From: a virus
Taxonomy: Duplodnaviria > Caudoviricetes
Reading direction: 5' to 3' (one strand)
IMG/VR virus record: IMGVR_UViG_3300024308_000007
Location: 1-62,857 of that record
Length of the DNA stretch: 62,857 nt
Shown here: in pieces, positions 9,187 to 17,377 of the stretch
Position numbering within the stretch: position 1 is the stretch's first letter
Layout: the number at the start of each line of letters is the position of its first letter
Notes under the pieces: generated by a model
The model's database searches: none
Told to the model about the DNA's origin: nothing
The model's input: the letters and a program-made list of their open reading frames with translations, nothing else
Made by a program: the position numbers and the translations under genes

Positions 9187-9736
9187 CTATGGGACTCCCG
9201 AAAATATGCAGAGTGCGTCCGACGCCATAGCCGGACGGATCTTGCTTGATGGTGTTCACCACGTCCGTCACCTGCTTCTGGAACTTCTCGTCTTTCAGAT
9301 AGTGCAGGAACGCCGGAACGTCTTCGAATACCGGTATGCCGCAGCGATTCGCTTCGTACACCTCGTTGCGGGTGCCGATGGACTTTTGCGCAGCGTCCGG
9401 CCGCGTCAGGATAACATAACTGCAGTCCCACATCTGGCGCAGGGTGCCGCGCAGCCAGTAATCCGCGTCGATACCGGAGATTCCCGGCGTGTAGTCGAAC
9501 AGGGCGGTGTTCATGTGAGGGATGACAGGGAACGGCGCTTCCCGCCCCATCTTCTCCAGAATGCTCCGGCTCTCCGGCGCGTCGTCGTAGCCGTGGCCAC
9601 CGATGACCTCCACGATCGGCTTTTGGTGCAGCGCTCGCAGCAGAGCGATGGCGGTCTGTCGGGCCAGTCGGATGTTCTCTTCCACGCCCGCCTGGTCAGC
9701 AGCGCGGTACGGGCCGGCAATATAAACGAGTTTCAT
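9161..9736 (-). CDS. DUF4406 / nucleoside 2-deoxyribosyltransferase-like protein
   Basis: LVYIAGPY, PHMNT, DCSYVIL, SIGTRNE...A...GIPVF motifs; start overlaps the upstream stop. Confidence 0.7.
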   Translation of the reverse strand: MKLVYIAGPYRAADQAGVEENIRLARQTAIALLRALHQKPIVEVIGGHGYDDAPESRSILEKMGREAPFPVIPHMNTALFDYTPGISGIDADYWLRGTLRQMWDCSYVILTRPDAAQKSIGTRNEVYEANRCGIPVFEDVPAFLHYLKDEKFQKQVTDVVNTIKQDPSGYGVGRTLHIFGSPIDDKSQSSQ

Positions 9737-10365
9737 AAACTGAGGTTCTCCATCTGGTCTTCGGTGGCGCGCATACTGATCGCGGCCGCGGGTGAGTAGG
9801 TAACGAAAATGTCGGTCAGCAGCGCGCCGAAGGTCGGGACTTTCGGGCAGTAGCGGGACGTGTACTGGTCGATGATGACCGGATGGCCGTGCCATTTACT
9901 GTACTGGCGTCCAAACTGAGCATCGCAGAGAATCGGGCGCGATGGTGCCATCCAGATACGGCCTCTGTACTCTTCGTGCATCATGCCGCCTTTCATCATA
10001 ATTCGCATCAACGTTGCCCGCGCCATTCCGAGGTCGCCCCGCATCTTTTCGGTACCGGCGGCGACACCGGTGCGCATGGCAAACCGGCCAAAGAAAGAAC
10101 CACAAACGAGGTGGCCGTAGATGGCCAGGCCGTCGAAGTCTTTCGGGCGAACGGGGTTGAACTCTTTCGCCGCGATGGCGAACAGGGGGTCGACTTCTTC
10201 GGCGATCTCGTCATGCAGGTCGACGGGCTTGCCGGTGGCGCTGACGAAGTAGGGGAACGAGCCGTCGTGGATAATCAGGCCGACGTCACCGCCGTAGTCG
10301 GGCGTCGCGGAGGATGGCCATGTCACTTTGGCTGGCCGGTAAGGGGCGATACTCGGTAATTTCAT
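9733..10365 (-). CDS. hypothetical protein
   Basis: 210 aa; GGAG RBS; first gene after the promoter at about 10425. Confidence 0.65.
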   Translation of the reverse strand: MKLPSIAPYRPAKVTWPSSATPDYGGDVGLIIHDGSFPYFVSATGKPVDLHDEIAEEVDPLFAIAAKEFNPVRPKDFDGLAIYGHLVCGSFFGRFAMRTGVAAGTEKMRGDLGMARATLMRIMMKGGMMHEEYRGRIWMAPSRPILCDAQFGRQYSKWHGHPVIIDQYTSRYCPKVPTFGALLTDIFVTYSPAAAISMRATEDQMENLSL

Positions 10366-10395
10366 TGTGGTGGCTCCGTTTGTAATTACGATTAC

Positions 10396-10425
10396 AAATT
10401 ACACCACCGTTCGATTGCATGTCAA
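10396..10425 (-). promoter_or_regulatory. sigma70-like early promoter
   Basis: TTGACA-18 nt-TAATTT; near-identical to the promoter at 7479-7508. Confidence 0.65.
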
Positions 10426-10438
10426 CACGTTTTACAGA

Positions 10439-10465
10439 TAAAAATATGCCCCGACTTACGGGGCA
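10439..10465 (-). terminator. intrinsic terminator
   Basis: TGCCCCG/CGGGGCA hairpin followed by a T-rich tract on the minus strand. Confidence 0.55.
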
Positions 10466-10474
10466 AAATGCTTC

Positions 10475-10906
10475 CTATCCACCAATGTCTGTCATCGTTT
10501 GTATCGCTAACACTAACTCTCGCCTGGTATTCATATTAATAGTTATTAACGATTCAAATGTCAAATCATCCTTTGTCCTATAGTAATTTTCGCCGTGCGT
10601 GTTCTCACCGCCGTAGGCGTCCTTCAACCGGTTGAACTCTTCCAGCCGGAGGACGATACAGCCGTGGTGGCGCGGCTGCATTTTCAGGACTTCCGTCAGC
10701 GGGTCGCAGAAGACAATGAACTGGTCGGGCTTATGGAACAGCACGACGGCTTCGAACTCCTTGTCCCACCAGATTTCCGTCTTTTCGTCCGGCTTGTGGA
10801 CGGTTTCAATGATCACGCCGGTGCGCCAGTTCCGCCAGTGCTTATACACCGCGCTGCGGGATGACGCGGCTGGTACGTGGAACCGGTCAGAGCTTATCGT
10901 CTTCAT
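10475..10906 (-). CDS. hypothetical protein
   Basis: 143 aa, in operon. Confidence 0.6.
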   Translation of the reverse strand: MKTISSDRFHVPAASSRSAVYKHWRNWRTGVIIETVHKPDEKTEIWWDKEFEAVVLFHKPDQFIVFCDPLTEVLKMQPRHHGCIVLRLEEFNRLKDAYGGENTHGENYYRTKDDLTFESLITINMNTRRELVLAIQTMTDIGG

Positions 10907-11120
10907 CGTCGTTTTTCTCCCGCCAGACGCGGACGCCCGCCTGCCCCTGGTATATCTCGTCGTTCTCTACGCGGTGGATGGAAATCTTCACGCCCGCCCG
11001 CCGCGCTACCTGCCGCAAAAAGTACACGTCCTTCGGCTGCTTGCCCTCCACGAAGAAGGAATGGCCGACCTCCATGTCGGCGAGCATTTTGCGGTAATTG
11101 TCGTATTTAGCTTTTGCCAT
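10887..11120 (-). CDS. small putative DNA-binding protein
   Basis: 77 aa; LADMEVGHSFFV...GVRVWR pattern; AAGGGG RBS. Confidence 0.6.
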   Translation of the reverse strand: MAKAKYDNYRKMLADMEVGHSFFVEGKQPKDVYFLRQVARRAGVKISIHRVENDEIYQGQAGVRVWREKNDDEDDKL

Positions 11121-11129
11121 AACCGCCCC

Positions 11130-12335
11130 TTAAAGCTGATCGTCCTCGTCGATTTCCTCTTCCCCGACGATTTCCTCTTCGCCCACCTTGCCGGTACCGT
11201 CACCCTCTTCGCGCTGGTGGTCAGGCGAGTAGTGCGCCGACAGGTCTTCCAGGCAGGCAATCATGTCGCCCAGGACGTCCGTCAGCAGGTACATATAGGC
11301 GTGGAAGTCCAGCGCCGCGCTATCGTCTTCCACGCTACCGCGCTCGGCGACCAGCACGTCGGAGATTTTCACGCCGGAGAACACGCCCTTCGCGTTGAGC
11401 TTGAACGTGGTGTAGCCCATCGGGTTGTCGATCGGGGACTTCTGCCAGAAGCGCATGGACATGTTGTCCACTTCGTAGTCCTGGTCCAGCGCCTCTTTCA
11501 CCAGCGGGTCGTGGTCACCGTCGCTGTCGCGCAGGATCTGGTCCTTAAACGAGTACGCCGAGCCGCCGGACATCTTGTCGACCAGCTTGGCCGAGGTGTA
11601 CGGCACAAACGTCGACCACGGCTTGTCGCTGTCATCGTTTTTCAGGATGCGCGTCAGCAGCCATTTCACCGGCAGGGTCAGGTCGTTCTCAAACGGGTAG
11701 ATGGGGAACGAGCCGAACGCGCGGCGGAACAGCGCGGCGTTGCAGTCCTCAACGACCTTGTGGCTGCTGATGAAGTAGAACACGTCGTAGATCGCGGGGT
11801 CGTTCACCGAGCGCTGGAACAGGACGGGGATGTGGCGGGTACGCACCAGCGCTTTCGCCAGCAGGCGCGCGGCCACCACATCTTTGATTTCCGCCCACTG
11901 CTTACGGTTCAGCGGTTCGCCCTGACGCTTGGCCAGCTTGTCGCCCTCTTTCTGGACTTCCGCGCGCAGCGTGTCTCCTGGCAGGATGCGTTCGCGGCGC
12001 TCCAGGATAGCGAAGATCTGGCCGTTGTCGAGCGCATGGAACACGGTGTCAGCGGGGTCGAAGTCGCTGTCGTCTTCCCATTCGATTTCGATGAACGGCA
12101 GGGCGTCCATGATGCGGGCAAAGCCGTATTTCAGCCATGCGGACGAGGCGGGGTCTTCGGCATACAGTGTGCCGCCGGACTCGGATGCCTCTTTCACCTG
12201 CAGGTTCATCGCGCGGGCGACCTCTTCTGCAGAGTGGCCCGACCAAAGGTGTTTCAGGGGGTACGCGTCGCCCACCATGGATTTTTCCAGGCGCATGACG
12301 TTAAACCCTTTGAGCTTGTTAGCGTAGGTAGCCAT
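11130..12335 (-). CDS. rdgC: recombination-associated protein RdgC
   Basis: GF...ERRERILPGDTLRAEVQK...QGEPLNRKQWAEIKDVVAARLLAKAL RdgC signature. Confidence 0.8.
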   Translation of the reverse strand: MATYANKLKGFNVMRLEKSMVGDAYPLKHLWSGHSAEEVARAMNLQVKEASESGGTLYAEDPASSAWLKYGFARIMDALPFIEIEWEDDSDFDPADTVFHALDNGQIFAILERRERILPGDTLRAEVQKEGDKLAKRQGEPLNRKQWAEIKDVVAARLLAKALVRTRHIPVLFQRSVNDPAIYDVFYFISSHKVVEDCNAALFRRAFGSFPIYPFENDLTLPVKWLLTRILKNDDSDKPWSTFVPYTSAKLVDKMSGGSAYSFKDQILRDSDGDHDPLVKEALDQDYEVDNMSMRFWQKSPIDNPMGYTTFKLNAKGVFSGVKISDVLVAERGSVEDDSAALDFHAYMYLLTDVLGDMIACLEDLSAHYSPDHQREEGDGTGKVGEEEIVGEEEIDEDDQL

Positions 12336-12336
12336 T

Positions 12337-12693
12337 TTATCTTCCTTCGTGGCGCGCCAGGATTCCTTCGATGTCCGTGTGGCGGATGTCGTGGGTGATG
12401 CGGCGCAGGTTGTCGATAGCGGACGACAGGTCGCCCAGTTGTCGGAACAGGTATTCGGAGATGATTTCCTGGCGGCTCGGCGACAGGTTGGTGTCGTTGA
12501 TCACTTCAACGGCCGTTTCGATGGTATGGCGCATCTCCTTTTCAAGCGCGAATACCGCGTTTTCCGCGGCTTTCGGTGTGTCTTTTACGCCCAGCAGCAT
12601 CACGCGGCAGATGTCGAATATCCGGCGCGTATCTTCAATGCTGTCGAACTCCGGCTGTTCAGGGGCCGGCACCATGCGGGCGAGGTCAGACAT
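12337..12693 (-). CDS. hypothetical protein
   Basis: 118 aa, in operon. Confidence 0.65.
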   Translation of the reverse strand: MSDLARMVPAPEQPEFDSIEDTRRIFDICRVMLLGVKDTPKAAENAVFALEKEMRHTIETAVEVINDTNLSPSRQEIISEYLFRQLGDLSSAIDNLRRITHDIRHTDIEGILARHEGR

Positions 12694-13105
12694 TCTTTTT
12701 GTCCTTCAACGGCGCCACGTTGTAGCTGGTGGTGTGCGCGTCGATTTGAGTGACGGTGATGGCCTGCGCTCCGAACTTCGTGGTGTCCGTTATTTCGCGG
12801 CTGTCGATGGCCAGCGTCTTGCGGCCGCACTTCCACATCACGAAAGCGATCAGGCTGACCTGCATCTGGTCGAACTGTTCTTTCAGGTTGTTTTCCATTT
12901 GTTCCTGAGCCGCTTCCAGCAATTTCAGTTCGCCGTGGGCGGCCGCGTTGGTCGCTTTCAGTTTTTTGATAGCCGGTACTAGTTTTTCCAGGCAGTCAGG
13001 GAACGGCGTGATGTCTCCGCCTCCGGTAAGAATGCCTAATTCCAAAAATGCTTCGGTTAGTACATGCGTCATTTCGCCTAACGCTTGGTGGTTAATTTCA
13101 GACAT
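12686..13105 (-). CDS. hypothetical protein
   Basis: 139 aa; TAATG overlap. Confidence 0.65.
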   Translation of the reverse strand: MSEINHQALGEMTHVLTEAFLELGILTGGGDITPFPDCLEKLVPAIKKLKATNAAAHGELKLLEAAQEQMENNLKEQFDQMQVSLIAFVMWKCGRKTLAIDSREITDTTKFGAQAITVTQIDAHTTSYNVAPLKDKKNV

Positions 13106-13428
13106 TATTTGAGCCTCTTAATAATGGCCATTGCGTAAATATGGCCGTTGGCAGTGATGGTGTGGGAAGTCTCGATCGAGAACTCCGCTTCGGCCATGCC
13201 GTTGCGGTTCTTAGCGCCTTTGACACTGGAGTACGCGCCGTCGGACAGTCCCTTCTTAATTGAGGACAAGGAGGACAGGAAGTCCTTATCGACGGCTACG
13301 ATTTTGCTGCAGCATTCCCCGATTTCCAGCGCGGCGATCTGGCTGGTCAGGGATGCGGGCTGTTTACGGGAGCCTTTGGAGACGCCGTCATCCGGCATCT
13401 GCATGGCAATGGAAAGCTGGTCGGTCAT
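13105..13428 (-). CDS. small putative DNA-binding protein (paralog of 20029-20331)
   Basis: AAGGA RBS before MTDQL; LTSQIAALEIG...SSVKGAKN...IIKRLK. Confidence 0.6.
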   Translation of the reverse strand: MTDQLSIAMQMPDDGVSKGSRKQPASLTSQIAALEIGECCSKIVAVDKDFLSSLSSIKKGLSDGAYSSVKGAKNRNGMAEAEFSIETSHTITANGHIYAMAIIKRLK

Positions 13429-13444
13429 GATAAGATCCTTTTGG

Positions 13445-13489
13445 CTGTTTGACAGAAAGATAATTACATGCGTTCTTCCTGTCAAACAG
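13445..13489 (-). promoter_or_regulatory. sigma70-like promoter enclosed by an 11-bp inverted repeat
   Basis: TTGACA-17 nt-TATCTT; CTGTTTGACAG...CTGTCAAACAG. Confidence 0.7.
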
Positions 13490-13502
13490 TTTTTCAAATG
13501 GA

Positions 13503-13775
13503 CTAAAGTTCTTCGTTCTCTGTCCACTCAACATCCCAACCGTCTTCGTATGCCTGTTTGTAGCGCTCCCAGGAAACGCGCTCTACCAGCGGGTCGCGGG
13601 CGTGGAGTTGTTCGAACTGCGCCCACGACGTCAGGATGCCGCCGCAATCGCATTCGTGATAGAGCCAGTAGCCGTAGAATGGCTGAATCCCGCAACCACA
13701 CCAGGACAGGTCTGCGTCGCCGTAGAACCAGCCGGTGCCGTCGCAGGTGCGGCAGGTTTCTTCGTTCTCTTCCAC
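13503..13775 (-). CDS. small Cys-rich protein
   Basis: 90 aa; CRTCDGTG, CGCG, CDCG; GGAGGT RBS. Confidence 0.6.
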   Translation of the reverse strand: MEENEETCRTCDGTGWFYGDADLSWCGCGIQPFYGYWLYHECDCGGILTSWAQFEQLHARDPLVERVSWERYKQAYEDGWDVEWTENEEL

Positions 13776-13914
13776 TCACCACCTCCGATTGCTGTATTGT
13801 TGCGGGACAGTGCGCACCCGCCATTCACTCCCTTCCGCTGCGTTCCGTTTGACCTTCTCGGTCATGTATTGCCATCCGTAGCAACCGCACGGCGCCGGCC
13901 CGTAGTGGTAGAAC

Positions 13915-14166
13915 TTAGGACGCTTCGGTTTTCTGGCCATAGGGTTTCTCCACGTACAGTTTCACCGCGTACTGCCGCACCTTCCTGGCGATGTGGAGGT
14001 GGCGGCGGCGCAGTCTGTTCAGGTACCGGCGCGTCGGGTGTTCCTGCGGGATCTCCCAGCGGTCGGCGTGTCCCAGGGCATCGTCAATCTCGTTGGCCAG
14101 CTTTTCGTGCGCTACGATGATGGCCGCCAGACGGGCAACGCGCTGGCCTTTCTGATAAAAGTTCAT
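13915..14166 (-). CDS. hypothetical basic protein
   Basis: 83 aa; ATGA overlap. Confidence 0.6.
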   Translation of the reverse strand: MNFYQKGQRVARLAAIIVAHEKLANEIDDALGHADRWEIPQEHPTRRYLNRLRRRHLHIARKVRQYAVKLYVEKPYGQKTEAS

Positions 14167-14333
14167 ATCAGGTCTTCCTCAAATGCCGCCGCCGATCCTA
14201 GCAATTCATCTATGACAGGCCAGCGCCACGTACTTACTTCGGTGGCTTCGGGGTGCTGGACGGAAATGTCGGCAAGAATTTGCGCCGCTTCGCGTAACAA
14301 TTCGACCGTTTGTTGCAGTTCTTTTTGGTTCAT
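14163..14333 (-). CDS. hypothetical protein (56 aa, not in ORF track)
   Basis: MNQKELQQTVELLREAAQ...AFEEDLI; ATGA overlaps on both sides; GAGG RBS. Confidence 0.65.
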   Translation of the reverse strand: MNQKELQQTVELLREAAQILADISVQHPEATEVSTWRWPVIDELLGSAAAFEEDLI

Positions 14334-15331
14334 AGCAGATCATCCTCATTAATTCCGGCCAGCTTGGCCATTGCGGGGCCAATACTACCCGTACCCCAGT
14401 CCAGGACTTCATCGTCAAAGTCGGCTGTCTCCGATGGCGAGGATAAACGCGCGGATGAACTCGGCAGCGAGCGCGGGGATGATGGCGTTCCCGTAGCCTT
14501 TAAGTCGGATGTTCTTGTTAGCGCGAGCCAGGCGTAATATTTCGGACTTTCCCTGTCCCACGATTTCGGAAAACCCATTAACCAGCGGGGCAAGGCCGGG
14601 TTCAATTGGCCGCCACTTACCATCCCCGCCGCATACCCAGTCAACAACTCCCCAAGGCATGTAATGCGCAGCATGGTCGTCCTGAATCCCTGTTCCGCCG
14701 CGAAGTCGATGCGATCCCACGTCCTGTCCTTCCCGTCTTTCCGGATGACGGTCGGCCCCGATCCCTTCACGTCCGATGCCGTTGGCGTCGGCCAGGCTGC
14801 GTAATACATCGTGAGTTGCTCGCCAAGGTTCCCAGGGCTGAGTGACGTCCGGCCACTCTTCAACCTGGCCGCCTGCCGTCTGGCCAAACTGTCCGACGAG
14901 CGTTCCCCAATTTTCGACATCACTGTCGGGGACATCCAGCCGGTGAGCGCCGAACATGATTCGTTCCCTGCGGTGCGGCGCGCCGATGATACCGCCTGGC
15001 AGTACGGCCGATCCCACGGCGTAACCCGCCATTTCCAGTTGATCGTATAAATCGTCGAGCCAATGTTTTTTGATAGCGTTCTCAACCTGTTCGCCAAAGA
15101 TAACTGGAGGGCGACACTCTTTGACGAGTCGGCACCAGGTTGGCGCGAGGTGGCGATCGTCGCTGCGACCTTTTTGTTTTCCGGCCGGACTGAAAGGCTG
15201 GCAGGGAGGACTTCCGGTCCATACGCGAAAGTCATCGGGGAAACCGGCCATTCGTAAGGCGAGCGGCCATCCGCCAATTCCGGCAAAAAAGTGACAGGCG
15301 TTAAAGCCGCGAAGATCGGATGGTTGGACAT
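14330..15331 (-). CDS. C5 DNA methyltransferase beta subunit (alternate frame; motif IX and putative target-recognition modules)
   Basis: AAGGAG 8 nt before the ATG; GQLNPALPRWLMGFPKSW motif IX; WMSPT and WPTPT modules; stop overlaps the next start. Confidence 0.75.
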   Translation of the reverse strand: MSNHPIFAALTPVTFLPELADGRSPYEWPVSPMTFAYGPEVLPASLSVRPENKKVAATIATSRQPGADSSKSVALQLSLANRLRTLSKNIGSTIYTINWKWRVTPWDRPYCQAVSSARRTAGNESCSALTGWMSPTVMSKIGERSSDSLARRQAARLKSGRTSLSPGNLGEQLTMYYAAWPTPTASDVKGSGPTVIRKDGKDRTWDRIDFAAEQGFRTTMLRITCLGELLTGYAAGMVSGGQLNPALPRWLMGFPKSWDRESPKYYAWLALTRTSDLKATGTPSSPRSLPSSSARLSSPSETADFDDEVLDWGTGSIGPAMAKLAGINEDDLL

Positions 15332-15440
15332 CGACAATACTCCTTCGGTCGACCACGCCGTCTGGCAGGTCACCGGATAAAATTAAGTTCTCCAGCCAGT
15401 CGGCCGCGTTGTTATCGAATTCGTTGTAGTAGACCGCCAT
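14415..15440 (-). CDS. C5 cytosine DNA methyltransferase alpha (catalytic) subunit
   Basis: FFAGIGG (I), GSPPCQPFS (IV), GEQV (VI), PHRRER (VIII), RLKGYGNAI (X). Confidence 0.9.
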   Translation of the reverse strand: MAVYYNEFDNNAADWLENLILSGDLPDGVVDRRSIVDVQPSDLRGFNACHFFAGIGGWPLALRMAGFPDDFRVWTGSPPCQPFSPAGKQKGRSDDRHLAPTWCRLVKECRPPVIFGEQVENAIKKHWLDDLYDQLEMAGYAVGSAVLPGGIIGAPHRRERIMFGAHRLDVPDSDVENWGTLVGQFGQTAGGQVEEWPDVTQPWEPWRATHDVLRSLADANGIGREGIGADRHPERREGQDVGSHRLRGGTGIQDDHAAHYMPWGVVDWVCGGDGKWRPIEPGLAPLVNGFSEIVGQGKSEILRLARANKNIRLKGYGNAIIPALAAEFIRAFILAIGDSRL

Positions 15441-15856
15441 TACGGATTCCTCGGCGGCCGTTTGATACCGCAAAACCGGCAAAACTCGCCCTCTTCGATG
15501 CCCGGTCCCCCGCTTGCTGAGAAGAACCATTCATGGTTGCAGGACTTCGGGAATTCGTGGCCGCGGCAGCGCATCCAGTTGATAGACAGTTCGGGCGTTG
15601 CCTCCTTCTTCCGTTCGAACGGCGGGAATCCGCAAGACAGGCGAAGGGCGGCCGATGCGTCAGCGTCTTCCCACTCCACCTCTGTCGTGAACATGCGATT
15701 CGGGTCAGTCAGTTCGTGCGGGTAACGATACTTCGTCACCTCGTAAATGATGGCCACCTGCAGGATCTGGCGGCCGGTAAACCATTGCGAGCGGAAGCGG
15801 ATGTCTCCGGTCATCCCGACACGCTTGCGGTGCGTCCGTAGTGTTGGCTGGTGCAT
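15440..15856 (-). CDS. hypothetical protein with C-terminal Cys motifs
   Basis: 138 aa; TAATG overlap with the methyltransferase start. Confidence 0.6.
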   Translation of the reverse strand: MHQPTLRTHRKRVGMTGDIRFRSQWFTGRQILQVAIIYEVTKYRYPHELTDPNRMFTTEVEWEDADASAALRLSCGFPPFERKKEATPELSINWMRCRGHEFPKSCNHEWFFSASGGPGIEEGEFCRFCGIKRPPRNP

Positions 15857-15857
15857 A

Positions 15858-16127
15858 TCAATGCTCCGTCATGAAGTAGACAAACGTGATAACGAACAAA
15901 AATATCACGGTAATGAAGATCAGCGCCAGGTGCGGCAGCGGGTCGTCAAAGTGCGGGTCCAGTTCTCGCTTGAACAATTCGTAATTCTTTTCGCCGTGCT
16001 GGCGACCGTCTTCCCAGGTGTCCGCGAGATCGGTACCCAGGAAAGGGTTGTGTTCGCGCCTTACCCCAATCTCACCGGCAAGGCGCCCTTCCTGGAATAC
16101 TTCGGAACGACGTTCAGGTGTGTGCAT
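15858..16127 (-). CDS. hypothetical membrane protein
   Basis: 89 aa; C-terminal TM helix; AAGGGG RBS. Confidence 0.6.
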   Translation of the reverse strand: MHTPERRSEVFQEGRLAGEIGVRREHNPFLGTDLADTWEDGRQHGEKNYELFKRELDPHFDDPLPHLALIFITVIFLFVITFVYFMTEH

Positions 16128-16157
16128 GGTCTTCCCCTTAGTTGGTATCTAAGATGA

Positions 16158-16187
16158 AAACTAGCACACACCTGTCATGAAGGTCAA
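16158..16187 (-). promoter_or_regulatory. sigma70-like early promoter
   Basis: TTGACC-18 nt-TAGTTT with TGn extension. Confidence 0.55.
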
Positions 16188-16201
16188 TCGTTTTTGTCGC
16201 G

Positions 16202-16540
16202 TCAGACTACAATTTCTGTCTTTTTGTGCGCCAGCGCAGGATCGTGCGTCCACTGGTCGCGCGGGGCGATGTTGATGGCGAATACCTCCAGATCCTTATC
16301 GCCGAAATGCGGGTGGCAGATGGTCTTTCGGGCGATGCCGGTGAACGGCATTTCGATGCGGCGCTTCTTATCCGTTTTGCTCGGATACCCCCAGGTGATC
16401 ACCACCCTGTCGAACTCTTTGCCCTCCAGGCGCCGCGTCCAGTATTGGTTGGCTTCGCGGTACTCTTCGGTCTTCTCGCCTGACAGCATGGCGTCGAAGT
16501 ATTGTTGTTCGACCGCTACCTGCAGCACACGTTCAGTCAT
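16202..16540 (-). CDS. ASCH domain protein
   Basis: YFDAMLSGEKTEEYRE...YWTRRL...WGYP. Confidence 0.8.
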   Translation of the reverse strand: MTERVLQVAVEQQYFDAMLSGEKTEEYREANQYWTRRLEGKEFDRVVITWGYPSKTDKKRRIEMPFTGIARKTICHPHFGDKDLEVFAINIAPRDQWTHDPALAHKKTEIVV

Positions 16541-16958
16541 GGCTATCCCCTTTCAGGTATGGCGGAACGAAGCCGATGACGCCGTCGCCCTCTTTCAGCA
16601 GACGAATGGTCATGGCCAGCAGGTCGACGATTTCGTCTTCCACGCGCGCCCAGTCGCCGCGGTTCTCGGTGTAGTGGATCACCTCTTTACCCACTTCGCC
16701 CGCCTCTTCGTGGAATTTATTCAGCACGTAGTTGGGCTGCGGGAATTTGATGGCCGCCTTTATCGCGCGCTCTTTCGCCTTGGCCAGCAGGCTCGCAAAA
16801 AGCGCCATGCCTGGGTCTGCGTCAATCGGAGATGGAAGGTTGGCCAGGATCACCATGATTTCTTCTCTCGCTACACGCACCCCTAAAATGCTGGTGTCTG
16901 CAGACGCCGCGCGAAGTGCGGTTACTACCTCTTCAATGGTCAGTGGTTCTTTATTCAC
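16533..16958 (-). CDS. MazG-like NTP pyrophosphohydrolase
   Basis: KFHEEAGEV...EDEIVDLL (ExxE...ExxD); GTG start with GAGG RBS. Confidence 0.7.
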   Translation of the reverse strand: MNKEPLTIEEVVTALRAASADTSILGVRVAREEIMVILANLPSPIDADPGMALFASLLAKAKERAIKAAIKFPQPNYVLNKFHEEAGEVGKEVIHYTENRGDWARVEDEIVDLLAMTIRLLKEGDGVIGFVPPYLKGDSHD

Positions 16959-17142
16959 GGTTCTGTTCCTCTTTCTCGGCGGCAGTGGCAATCGCGTCCA
17001 GTCGCTGATTCATTAGCGCGGACCGTTCGGCGAACTCCGCATCGGTTGGCGCCGGTACCGGCACAAAGCGGACGCCTGCGCGGGCCAGCATATTGGCCGC
17101 CTGCAGGCACTTCCGTAGATCAACGGGCGAGGCTCGTTGCAT
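16951..17142 (-). CDS. hypothetical protein
   Basis: 63 aa, in operon. Confidence 0.5.
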   Translation of the reverse strand: MQRASPVDLRKCLQAANMLARAGVRFVPVPAPTDAEFAERSALMNQRLDAIATAAEKEEQNRE

Positions 17143-17377
17143 GGAACTTCTCCCAAATCGGTTTACGTCTGGCGTCCGCCTGTCTGGCGCCTTTCATTCT
17201 CTGCTTACCGGGACGGCAGGCAGGCGGGATGTGGTTATCAAACAGGTCGTAAGTCCCGTTCCGGATAGCACGGTTAATCTGGCGCTTCTGGTTGCGCGTC
17301 AGCGGAACGTATGACCGGATGGTCACACCACCTTCCAGTGGCGTTATCCAGATGTGTCGCAGTTCATCGATCGGCAT
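17120..17377 (-). CDS. hypothetical protein
   Basis: 85 aa; AAGGGG RBS. Confidence 0.55.
   Translation of the reverse strand: MPIDELRHIWITPLEGGVTIRSYVPLTRNQKRQINRAIRNGTYDLFDNHIPPACRPGKQRMKGARQADARRKPIWEKFHATSLAR

Noticed and set aside
10632-12398. 588-aa plus-strand ORF
   Set aside because: Antisense shadow of rdgC and neighbours caused by codon bias; no motifs or RBS
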